Part shown: one piece after another, positions 30,251 to 38,520 of the stretch
Numbering within the stretch: position 1 is the stretch's first letter
Layout: each line of letters begins with the position of its first letter
Source: an uncultured delta proteobacterium
GTDB taxonomy: Bacteria > Desulfobacterota > Syntrophobacteria > BM002
Reading direction: 5' to 3'
DNA length: 64,000 nucleotides
Assembly (NCBI GenBank): GCA_963712115.1
Contig: CAVQGX010000031.1
Span: forward strand, 128,001 to 192,000
Notes under the pieces: model-generated
What the model saw: the letters and a program-made list of their open reading frames with translations, nothing else
Databases searched by the model: none
What the model was told of the DNA's origin: nothing
Position numbers and translations under genes: made by a program

Positions 30251-30490
30251 ACTATAAATTACATCCCTTAATTCCCACTCCCGGCGTTGACGAGTCTAGC
30301 ACGAAATATGGGGGTCGTTCAACAAGGGGCCCACTTACGTGTGGATCGAGTTATATAAAGTTTCCTATTGGTTTGCTAGGAGTAAACATAACATCCCTTA
30401 ATTTAAACTTGACCGGAGGTTCATTCTACACAATATGTTGAGAGTAGTAATGTCCGGACACTTTAGGGGGATTAACTGCTGATTTAATAA
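30251..30490. repeat. tandem recombination-site-like units R5+R6
   Basis: R5: ACTATAAATTA-CATCCCT-TAATTCCCACT ... CGTGTGGATCG-AGTTATA-TAAAG. R6: AGTAAACATAA-CATCCCT-TAATTTAAACT, ACACAATATGTTGAGA (30428-30443), degenerate right site GGGGGATTAA. Confidence 0.75.
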
Positions 30491-30499
30491 ATATGTACT

Positions 30500-30683
30500 T
30501 AGCCCGGATATTTCATGAATTGCTGTTGCGAGACCGTGAAGATGGGCGTGCCACCTGGCAACCGCAGCGTGTTGGTTCCGAGGCGTACCTGAAAGGTACG
30601 TCGCAGGGACCGACACCCGAGGACGCCAGGAAGGACGGCCATATCCGCGGTCGCAGCAGGTGATTCATGAAATATCCGGGCTA
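30500..30683 (-). mobile_element. 184-bp MITE-like element, copy 2 (inverted relative to copy 1)
   Basis: Same 21-bp TIRs and length as 4276-4459; interior is its reverse complement with scattered substitutions. Confidence 0.85.
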
Positions 30684-30740
30684 GTGTTTAGTGCCAGGTT
30701 GAAATAGCTGCCCGCTGTCTGCTGCCTGCTGGGTGAGTGC

Positions 30741-31337
30741 CTAGTGTTCTCCAAACCCCGCCCTTTGCACCAACGCACTTACCACGGACTCATACAGCTC
30801 TCTGCTGCCAGTGAGAAGCTGTTCTAGTCTGTCTTGATACTCATTCCTCTCGGGAGATGCTTCCATGAGACTGAGATTGGCTTGAGCAATTCGATGAGCA
30901 CCACTTATCGTGGCCCTTAGGAGCTCACAGACAACCAAAAGATCTGAAAGTAGATGGCCCTTACAGTGCACCCCCGCCCTGGCCACGAAATTGACGGCTT
31001 CATTGGCCTCTTCCATTATGCTAATGGGGCATTCGATTGCCTGCTGCAGCGCCTCCAAGACCTCTGTCTTGCCTTTTCCGAAGGTCTTGGCCTGGGCAAA
31101 ACGCGCATAGGCCCTGCCGTCTTCATCACGGAGATGGAGAAGAGTACTCAATGATTTTTTCACCTCCTGGAGCAAATTCCTCCATTCAGCTTCAGAGGAG
31201 TCGCGGCTACGCTGAAGTTCCACCTGAACGATTTTTTCTAGCAGCGCCAAACCCACACATGCCCCATGGGCTGCTGCGGCACCGCCTCCGGGCACAGGAT
31301 ACGGTCTGGCAAGAGCGTCTATGAACGAATCAACCAT
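30741..31337 (-). CDS. cyclodeaminase/cyclohydrolase (FTCD C-terminal) family protein
   Basis: FIDALA..PVPGGGAAAA, DEDGRAY, AIECP, LLSDL. Confidence 0.85.
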   Translation of the reverse strand: MVDSFIDALARPYPVPGGGAAAAHGACVGLALLEKIVQVELQRSRDSSEAEWRNLLQEVKKSLSTLLHLRDEDGRAYARFAQAKTFGKGKTEVLEALQQAIECPISIMEEANEAVNFVARAGVHCKGHLLSDLLVVCELLRATISGAHRIAQANLSLMEASPERNEYQDRLEQLLTGSRELYESVVSALVQRAGFGEH

Positions 31338-31505
31338 AATTTCCTTCCCGGGCCATCACCTATGATGTTTGACTGCATTGTTGTTAATGCTTATCAGAGA
31401 TTAACTTATGGATACAGCAAAATATTAATTATTGGTGATTCTCTTTGATTGCCAGAGAATACAAAATACCGGGTAAAATATCATATCGAAAAAGGAGTCT
31501 CGAAT

Positions 31506-32453
31506 ATGAAAGCCTTAGCAATCAACGAGTTCGGCGGACTAGATAAATTGCAACTCATGGATCTACCCGTGCCGGAAATCAGACCAGGGGAGATTTTAGT
31601 TAAAGTGAGAGCGGCCGGGGTCAATCCTGTAGACTGGAAGATTCGGGAGGGCTATCTCAAAGATCTTTTTAGCCATCAGTTTCCCGTTATTCTGGGGTGG
31701 GATGCGGCTGGCGTTGTGGAAGGGGTAGGCAAGAACGTAACGAGATTTAAGTCAGGGGATGAGATTTTTGCCTACTGCCGCAAGCCCATTGTCCACGGGG
31801 GAGCATACGCGGAATACATTTTGCTGGAAGAAGAGCATGCCGCTATAAAACCGAAAAATATTACCTTTGAGGAGGCAGCCTCAATTCCACTTGCTGCACT
31901 AACTGCTTACCAGTCACTATTCGATGCGGCAAATCTCCAGCCAGGAGAAACCATTTTAATCCATGCTGCTGCAGGAGGAGTAGGAGGCTTCGGGGTACAG
32001 CTGGCTAAAGATCACGGTGCTGTCGTGTGGGCGACGGCTAGTGGTCGCAACAAAAAATACGTCCAAGATCTAGGGGCATCTCAGGTAGTAGACTATACCC
32101 AAGTAAACTTTGGCGACGCGGTCTTTTCAAAGTATCCTCATGGGGTTGATGTGGTTTTCGATTGCGTTGGAGGAGAAGTTCTTCAAAAGAGCGCCGAGAT
32201 AGTCAAAGAAGGCGGGAGGCTCATAACAATTGTGGATGACCCCACGGGTTTGGCAAGAAACGATATACATAAGGAGTTTGTTTTCGTGGCCCCCAAAAGT
32301 ACACAATTAACTGAGCTGGCCCGGATGGTAGAGCAAGGACGTCTTAAGACTCACCTCTCGCAGGTTTTTCCTTTCGGCCTGGAGAAAGCAAGAAAAGCCC
32401 ATGAACTGAGCGAATCCATGCATACCCGAGGCAAAATGGTCCTTGTTATTTGA
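31506..32453 (+). CDS. NADP-dependent oxidoreductase (quinone reductase/MDR family)
   Basis: AAGVNPVDWK, ILGWDAAG, HAAAGGVG, HTRGKMVL; AAGGAG RBS. Confidence 0.9.
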   Translation: MKALAINEFGGLDKLQLMDLPVPEIRPGEILVKVRAAGVNPVDWKIREGYLKDLFSHQFPVILGWDAAGVVEGVGKNVTRFKSGDEIFAYCRKPIVHGGAYAEYILLEEEHAAIKPKNITFEEAASIPLAALTAYQSLFDAANLQPGETILIHAAAGGVGGFGVQLAKDHGAVVWATASGRNKKYVQDLGASQVVDYTQVNFGDAVFSKYPHGVDVVFDCVGGEVLQKSAEIVKEGGRLITIVDDPTGLARNDIHKEFVFVAPKSTQLTELARMVEQGRLKTHLSQVFPFGLEKARKAHELSESMHTRGKMVLVI

Positions 32454-32477
32454 TCACCTAGGTAGTAGACACCGTTT

Positions 32478-32652
32478 AGTCATATGCTCCGCGTCATTTG
32501 GCTGCGCCGTCATTAGGGCTAGCGCCCGTCATTTATTGTCATTTGTAGTCATGTGCCTTCGGCGTCATGCATAGTCACTCATCGTTTAACGTCAATAAAT
32601 GACAGTGAAGCGTAATGACCTGATGGTAAAATAGTCAAAGGCGTACATGACC
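32478..32652. repeat. GTCATT/AATGAC-type imperfect inverted-repeat element, copy 2
   Basis: Run of GTCAT units followed by ATGAC units; shares a ~30-bp block (inverted) with 18787-18820. Confidence 0.6.
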
Positions 32653-32663
32653 AACGAGACAAT

Positions 32664-33566
32664 ATGTCAACCAACTTCGACCATATCCTTATAATCTCCG
32701 ACATCGAGGGGAGTTCCGGGTGTTGGGACTACCGGGCCTCGAAATTTATGACTGATGAGTGGAGTCGTGCCTGTGTAGAAATGACCCTGGATGTTAACGC
32801 TGTGGTCAGGGGACTATTTGATGCGGGAGTGAAACAGGTCACCGTAAAGGACTTCCACCGGACTGGCTACAATCTCCTTCCGGAAATGATCGATCCCATG
32901 GCCCGGGTTGTCCTGGGTTACCAACAGGGTCCGGTGCCAGGCTTAGGAAATCCAGGCAAGGCCGAAGCTGTTATGTTCTTGGGGATGCATGCCGCTTCCG
33001 GCACCGAAGGATTCATGGCCCACACCCTTACCTCACGCATAATCTGGTTGGAGGTGAATAGAAAACCTTTAGCTGAAGTAGAGCTTTTTTCTGCATCCCT
33101 AGCCCCATATGGGATAAGGCCCATTTTCTTCTCGGGTTGTCCTACCGCCTGTGCGCAGGCGCAAGCGGCAATTACCAGGATAAACTCTTATCCTATTGAC
33201 AAGTCTGACGGACCCGCACTGTTTGATGTCCATTTGTGGAGATCGGGCCTGGTGAATGCTGCATTGGAATCCCTCAACAATCTAGACACTGATCCGTATG
33301 CGATGTCCGGCCCCTTTAGGGCAGAAGTAACAATGTGGGATGGTGAAAGCTCGGCTCGAAAACTTGCTCAAAGGTGGGGCTTTGCCCAGGAGGGTGGTCG
33401 AATCTTTATTGAGGCTGCAGACATCCATGAACTTTATAGAGACTTAATTAGACTTTGCTATCTAACTCCCTTGACCGAGAAGACGCTCCCCTTGGGGCTA
33501 TTTCTCTATAACTTGACCGGCCGGCTTGGGCTCGAATGGGTGCGGTGGCGCCGGCGGATCAAATAG
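32664..33566 (+). CDS. M55 family (DppA-like D-aminopeptidase) metallopeptidase
   Basis: ISDIEG, VKDFH..G.N, LGMHA, MAHT motifs. Confidence 0.82.
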   Translation: MSTNFDHILIISDIEGSSGCWDYRASKFMTDEWSRACVEMTLDVNAVVRGLFDAGVKQVTVKDFHRTGYNLLPEMIDPMARVVLGYQQGPVPGLGNPGKAEAVMFLGMHAASGTEGFMAHTLTSRIIWLEVNRKPLAEVELFSASLAPYGIRPIFFSGCPTACAQAQAAITRINSYPIDKSDGPALFDVHLWRSGLVNAALESLNNLDTDPYAMSGPFRAEVTMWDGESSARKLAQRWGFAQEGGRIFIEAADIHELYRDLIRLCYLTPLTEKTLPLGLFLYNLTGRLGLEWVRWRRRIK

Positions 33567-33583
33567 GAAAGAGAGCAAACATA

Positions 33584-34435
33584 ATGTTCACAGGTCATGA
33601 CGTTTCCGCCTTGGATAGGCCGGAGGTGTTGCAGTACTTATTTCACCCGAGGAAGGAGGACATTCAAGCCCCACCCCAGGGTGCCATTGATTTTTTCATA
33701 CCCGTGGAAGAAGGGGAAAAACTTGGTGCTCGTTTCTACCCTGCGGCACCCAAAGAACCCCACCTTCTCTTTTTTCACGGCAACGGTGAGATCGCAAGCG
33801 ACTACGACACCATCGGGCCGGCCTACAACCGCTACTCCATCAATTTTCTAGTGGTAGATTACCGCGGCTACGGACAGAGCACTGGATTACCCACCGCCAG
33901 CAACCTGATCTCCGATTCTCACACGATTTTCAGGGAAGTATCCACTTGGCTCAAGAAGCAAGATCGAACTGGACTCCTAATCATTATGGGTAGATCTTTG
34001 GGTAGTGTACCAGCTCTCGAGGTAGCATCTTCATACCAGGATGAAATTTCCGGGCTGATTTTAGACAGCGGTTTTGCCAGGACAGTACCGCTACTAGATC
34101 GTCTTGGGGTAGCAACCGAAACCCTTGGAATTTCGGAGGCAGACGGTTTTGCCAACTTTGGCAAAATAAGGGATATTGGTAAGCCCACTCTCATTATCCA
34201 CGGCCAGAACGATGACATTATTCCACCTAAGGAGGCTGATATTCTCCTGGCGAACTCAGGGACCATGAGAAAGCAGCTCATGCTCGCTGCTGGCTGCGGC
34301 CACAATGACATCCTGCAACGCTGCGGTGACCTGTATTTTCAGACAATTAGCCAATTTGTCGAGATGGCGAAAAGGATAAAAAGAAGGAATTCCATGCCAA
34401 GAGGCTTCGACAGAAGATATCCGCGACGACGCTAG
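33584..34435 (+). CDS. alpha/beta hydrolase (ABHD/BEM46-like)
   Basis: FFHGNGE, DYRGYG, GRSLGS, IIHGQND, GHND. Confidence 0.88.
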   Translation: MFTGHDVSALDRPEVLQYLFHPRKEDIQAPPQGAIDFFIPVEEGEKLGARFYPAAPKEPHLLFFHGNGEIASDYDTIGPAYNRYSINFLVVDYRGYGQSTGLPTASNLISDSHTIFREVSTWLKKQDRTGLLIIMGRSLGSVPALEVASSYQDEISGLILDSGFARTVPLLDRLGVATETLGISEADGFANFGKIRDIGKPTLIIHGQNDDIIPPKEADILLANSGTMRKQLMLAAGCGHNDILQRCGDLYFQTISQFVEMAKRIKRRNSMPRGFDRRYPRRR

Positions 34436-34541
34436 CTCTGAGGCATTAACCCGCCTAGATACTTCTATAGCTCTCACAGAGACCACAGAGTACTCAGAGA
34501 ACTAAAACCAGTCAGAATGAGGGACAGCAGTGATTAGGTAG

Positions 34542-34675
34542 GGATCGCTCAAAAGCTCATTGGAGATCCCTTGAAGACTAGAATAAACAAGCCCATTCTC
34601 GTCCTCAAGGTATCTCCAATGGTACGATGCATTCGCATCAGCAGCCCCTGCTGCACAGGGGACTTTGAGCGATCC
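34542..34675 (+). ncRNA. ~135-nt four-way-junction structure (upstream type, copy B)
   Basis: GGATCGCTCAAA/TTTGAGCGATCC; CATTGGAGAT/ATCTCCAATG; GATGC-ATTC-GCATC; CCCCTG-CTGCA-CAGGGG. Confidence 0.65.
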
Positions 34676-34897
34676 AGGCGCACACCATAATATTTTTTTG
34701 GGGAGCTCACCGAGGATTTTAGAGACCACAGGGGACGGTCGGAACTTTCCTGAAAGACTGGATTACTAGGATAATCATTGCCCCGAAGGTAACCGACTAG
34801 ATTATTACACTATTGATCTATCGCTTAGAGGGCTCAATGAAACTCTGAGGTCTCGTACATCAAGTCGGATGAAGGTCGAGTTACTCATAGAGAGAAC

Positions 34898-35032
34898 GGA
34901 GCGCTTATAGGCAAAGTGGGGAGGGCTGGATGTCCGGAATGAGCTTGCTTGTTCTGGACATCAAGGTCTCCCCACGTGTCCCGACGCTGTAGCGTCGGGA
35001 CCGCCCGCTTTGCGGGTGCCGATAAACGATCC
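34898..35032 (+). ncRNA. ~135-nt four-way-junction structure (downstream type, copy B)
   Basis: GTGGGGAG/CTCCCCAC with GATGTCCGG/CTGGACATC; GTCCCGACGCT/AGCGTCGGGAC; CCCGC-TTT-GCGGG; homologous to 47596-47730. Confidence 0.6.
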
Positions 35033-35127
35033 CAACACTTTCACCTGCACAGTTTTCTCTGCGTTCTCTGTGGGCTCTAGCGAGCCCTGAGCCTGCCGAA
35101 GGGGGAGCGGGCGAGAGCTCAACAGCT

Positions 35128-38100
35128 TTACGCTGTAGCGCGTGAAGTGAGCTTAGCTTTCAGCTTCGCCACCAGATTATGCACATCTTCCAAAATCATG
35201 TAACCGCAAGGGATCAGCAGCAGGGTTATGAGGGTGGCAAAGAGTACGCCAAATCCGAGGCTCACTGCCATTGGGATAAGGAACTGAGCCTGCAGGCTAC
35301 GCTCCAATATCATTGGTGTCAGACCGGCAAAGGTGGTTAGGGATGTGAGAATAATGGCCCTAAACCTCAGGGCCCCTCCCTGGGTGATGGCCTCACGAGG
35401 ACTGACTCCCTGCTCCCGTATCCTGTTGGTGGCATGTACCAGCACCAAGGAGTCATTCACCACCACACCTGCCAGACCCACTATGCCGAATAGGCTTAAT
35501 AGGCTGAGGTTAAGTCCCATGATCAGGTGTCCTATAACAGCTCCCACCATGCCAAAGGGGATGGCAGACATCACCACAAAGGGTTGAGTAAATGACCTGA
35601 AGGGAATAGCCAGCAAAGCATATATGAGAAAGAGGGCTATGACAAAACCATTTACTACGTCTGACAGTGATTGCTTCTGTTCTTTTCCTTCACCCTCCAT
35701 TGCGTATCGCAGACCCGGGTAGTTGAGTTCCAGTTCTGGCAGGAAGCGCTTTTCCAAATCCGTGCGCAGTTCATTGGCATTGGTAACCGTCTCATCCACA
35801 TCGGCAGTCACAACGATTACCCGGCGACGTTGAGCCCGTTCTATTGCTGCATAGCCCTCCTCCATATTCACTTCAGCCACTTGGTTGAAGGGAACCTCGG
35901 AGCCGTCCGGTGCGCGGATACGCATGTCCTCTACGTGACCCAGTGATTTGCGTTCAGACTCAGGGTAGCGAACCATAACCTTAACCTCGTCCTGATCCCG
36001 CTGAAGACGCAAAGCTTCGGCGCCGTAGAATGCGTGCCGCACTTGCTGGGCTAGATCATCTAAGGTTAGTCCTAGACTGCGAGCCGCCGGTTTCAATTTG
36101 AGCTGCATCTCATCTTTGCCCGGCATGAAGCTGTCGCTAACATCAAACACGCCGGGATAGCCTTTAATTTCATTCTTCAACTCTTCCGCTGCGGCAATTA
36201 GCAAGTTGTGATCATCCAGAGAAAGATGGACCTCAATGGGATTGCCCGCGCTGAAAAGTACACTCTGAAAGGTAATGGACTCGGCATCGGGAATACTGCC
36301 TACCTTTTTACGCCATTGGTTGGCAAGTTGACTTGCAGTCACCTCCCTCTCTTCGCCTTCCAAGAGTTCCAGAGTTATCTGAGCCAAATGTCCACCAAAC
36401 TGGGGGCCTGATGCCATGGGGCCAGCCCCTCCTAAATGTTGACCTATTCGGGTGATTATACTTTTCAACATAGGGGGGCCATTACCCGATATTTCTCCCT
36501 CAGCTTCTGCCAGAGTTTCTTTTCCCGATTGCTCCAAATGGGCTGCAATCTCCAAAGTACGTTCAACCGGTGTGCCTGCGGGCATGGTCACTGTACAAAT
36601 GAGAAAGTCACTTTCAACCTTCGGAAACAAGGTGAATTTGATCCACCCCGCTTTCCACACTCCCACGGTTATCAATAATACCGCTATCCCTAGAGATACT
36701 GTGGCATAACGCCACTTTACACAAAAATCCACCGCCTTAGCATAGGGTCCTTTGATAAACCATTTCAGCCATCTAGAGGTGCGCTTTTCCTCCATGCTGC
36801 GCTTTGTTCGTTGTTTGGATCCAACCAAGTGGGCGGGAAGAACAAGTAAACACTCCACCAGAGAGCCCAGCAGCACCAGAATAACTACAATGGGTATGGT
36901 GCGCATGATTTTTCCCATAGTGCCGGTTCCCAGAAGCAGAGGCCAAAAGGCAGCCACTGTGGTCAGGACCGCAAAAACCACTGGACGACCCACCTCCAGA
37001 GTGCCTCGCACTGCTCCATCAAGAGACTCTAGCCCCTCTTCATGCCTGCGAAAAATATTCTCGCCCACCACTATGGCGTCATCCACCACAATGCCCAGAA
37101 CCATAATAAAGGCGAAAAGGGAAACCATATTGATAGAAACGTCAAATCTGGGAAGGAGCATCAACCCTGCCATAAAGGAAATAGGTATTCCCAGGGTCAC
37201 CCAGAAGGCTAGTCGCGCATTTAGAAATATCCCCAGAAGGATGCTCACCAGAACCAATCCCAGGGCCATGTTTTTGAGCAACAGACGGATACGGCTCTTT
37301 AATATTGATGATCTGTCGCGAAAATAGGAGATGTCTACGCCTTCGGGCAGACTCGGTCGGATCTTTTCTATGTAACCCTTGACTGTGCTTGCCACATGCA
37401 AGGCATTCTGATCGGCCACTCTGTATACTTCAATAATCCCCGCCGGCTTTCCTTGGAATCGGTTGAAAAGATCCACATCCTCGTAACCGTCTTTAAGATT
37501 TGCAATCTGCCCTAAAGTAACTTTGCTACCATCTGTCCTGGTAATTACCGCAATATCTCGGTAGTCTGCGGCATAGTAACGACGGCCCTTGGTCCTGACC
37601 AGTATTTCACCACCCTCAGTTTTGACGCTGCCTGCCGGCAGATCCAAGCTCGCTCGTCTTACCGCCTCAGCAATTTTGCCCAATGTAAGACCGTAACGAC
37701 GGAGGGTTTCCTCTGATATTTCGACATGAATTTCTCCCTGGCGCACACCCCCAAGCTCCGCCAGAGTAATGCCTTGCAGGTTAGTAATGTCGTCTTTTAT
37801 TCGTTCTGTCAGGTGCTTGATGGTGGACTCTGGTGCATCACCGTAAACGGCAACATTAAGAACCTGAACCCGCCTGGTCATTTCCCTAACGACTGGTTGT
37901 TCCGCCTCTTTAGGAAAGGTGGTAATGCGATCTACCTCTGCCTTCACCTCATCGAGCAGTTCCTGCAGATCCCAATCATTCATAACCTCGATGGTAATCG
38001 AGGCGACCCCCTCCCTGGCTACAGAATCTATGCGCTTGATACCGGCCAGACCAGCTATCTTTTCTTCGATTCTCCGGACAATGGCCTCTTCCACCTCGGC

Positions 38101-38271
38101 TGGCGAAGCACCGAGATACTCCATGGTGATTGAGATTCGGTCCAGAGATGTCTCGGGGAAGATCTCCAGCTTAGTGGTCAAGCCCGTAACCAACCCAGCT
38201 AGTAGAAGGAACAACATCAATAAATTGGCGGCAACGTGGTTATCAGCAAACCAGGCAATGATACTCCGCAT
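35128..38271 (-). CDS. RND efflux transporter permease (AcrB/AcrD/AcrF family)
   Basis: 1047 aa; LGIVVDDAIVVGENI, GVVVNDS, RFRAIILTSLTT, PMAVSLGFG. Confidence 0.95.
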   Translation of the reverse strand: MRSIIAWFADNHVAANLLMLFLLLAGLVTGLTTKLEIFPETSLDRISITMEYLGASPAEVEEAIVRRIEEKIAGLAGIKRIDSVAREGVASITIEVMNDWDLQELLDEVKAEVDRITTFPKEAEQPVVREMTRRVQVLNVAVYGDAPESTIKHLTERIKDDITNLQGITLAELGGVRQGEIHVEISEETLRRYGLTLGKIAEAVRRASLDLPAGSVKTEGGEILVRTKGRRYYAADYRDIAVITRTDGSKVTLGQIANLKDGYEDVDLFNRFQGKPAGIIEVYRVADQNALHVASTVKGYIEKIRPSLPEGVDISYFRDRSSILKSRIRLLLKNMALGLVLVSILLGIFLNARLAFWVTLGIPISFMAGLMLLPRFDVSINMVSLFAFIMVLGIVVDDAIVVGENIFRRHEEGLESLDGAVRGTLEVGRPVVFAVLTTVAAFWPLLLGTGTMGKIMRTIPIVVILVLLGSLVECLLVLPAHLVGSKQRTKRSMEEKRTSRWLKWFIKGPYAKAVDFCVKWRYATVSLGIAVLLITVGVWKAGWIKFTLFPKVESDFLICTVTMPAGTPVERTLEIAAHLEQSGKETLAEAEGEISGNGPPMLKSIITRIGQHLGGAGPMASGPQFGGHLAQITLELLEGEEREVTASQLANQWRKKVGSIPDAESITFQSVLFSAGNPIEVHLSLDDHNLLIAAAEELKNEIKGYPGVFDVSDSFMPGKDEMQLKLKPAARSLGLTLDDLAQQVRHAFYGAEALRLQRDQDEVKVMVRYPESERKSLGHVEDMRIRAPDGSEVPFNQVAEVNMEEGYAAIERAQRRRVIVVTADVDETVTNANELRTDLEKRFLPELELNYPGLRYAMEGEGKEQKQSLSDVVNGFVIALFLIYALLAIPFRSFTQPFVVMSAIPFGMVGAVIGHLIMGLNLSLLSLFGIVGLAGVVVNDSLVLVHATNRIREQGVSPREAITQGGALRFRAIILTSLTTFAGLTPMILERSLQAQFLIPMAVSLGFGVLFATLITLLLIPCGYMILEDVHNLVAKLKAKLTSRATA

Positions 38272-38460
38272 AAGTCTTCGATCCTTATTATTAAAAGCAA
38301 GTAGTCAGTAGTCGGTAGCCAGTAGCCAGAGTGGCGCATAGGGCATGTAGCAAGGAGTCAGAGTCCAGAATTAAGGAGAAAAGCAATCACAATTTAGTTC
38401 CTCTCAACTGCTTGCTTCTTCGCCGCGTCTCCGTCTCGCCGATTCACCGCGTCGCCCTGC

Positions 38461-38495
38461 AGTTCCTAGTGCCTAGTTGCAACGGCTGCCCGCTG
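38461..38495. repeat. 35-bp dispersed repeat in a low-complexity intergenic element
   Basis: AGTTCCTAGTGCCTAGTTGCAACGGCTGCCCGCTG is identical at 60309-60343; variants at ~30682-30717 and ~48895-48924. Confidence 0.8.
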
Positions 38496-38520
38496 CTGCT
38501 GCTAGCTGACCTCTGAACCC

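Larger units (their letters stand above)
34469..35119 (+). mobile_element. GxxExxY-element copy B, internally deleted (non-autonomous)
   Basis: Same termini and leader as copies A and C; only the 3' tail of GxxExxY survives (CTGAAAGACTGGATTACTAGGATAATC, ~34750-34800); both four-way-junction structures present. Confidence 0.75.

Noticed and set aside
25590-30490. CRISPR array or classical integron as the explanation of the repeats
   Set aside because: Repeats alternate in orientation, are separated by either ~53 bp or whole genes, lack RYYYAAC/GTTRRRY ends, and no cas or intI gene is in the window.
30398-30616. 72-aa ORF, and ORF 30244-30441
   Set aside because: Chance reading frames through the MITE and the R5/R6 repeats; no protein features.
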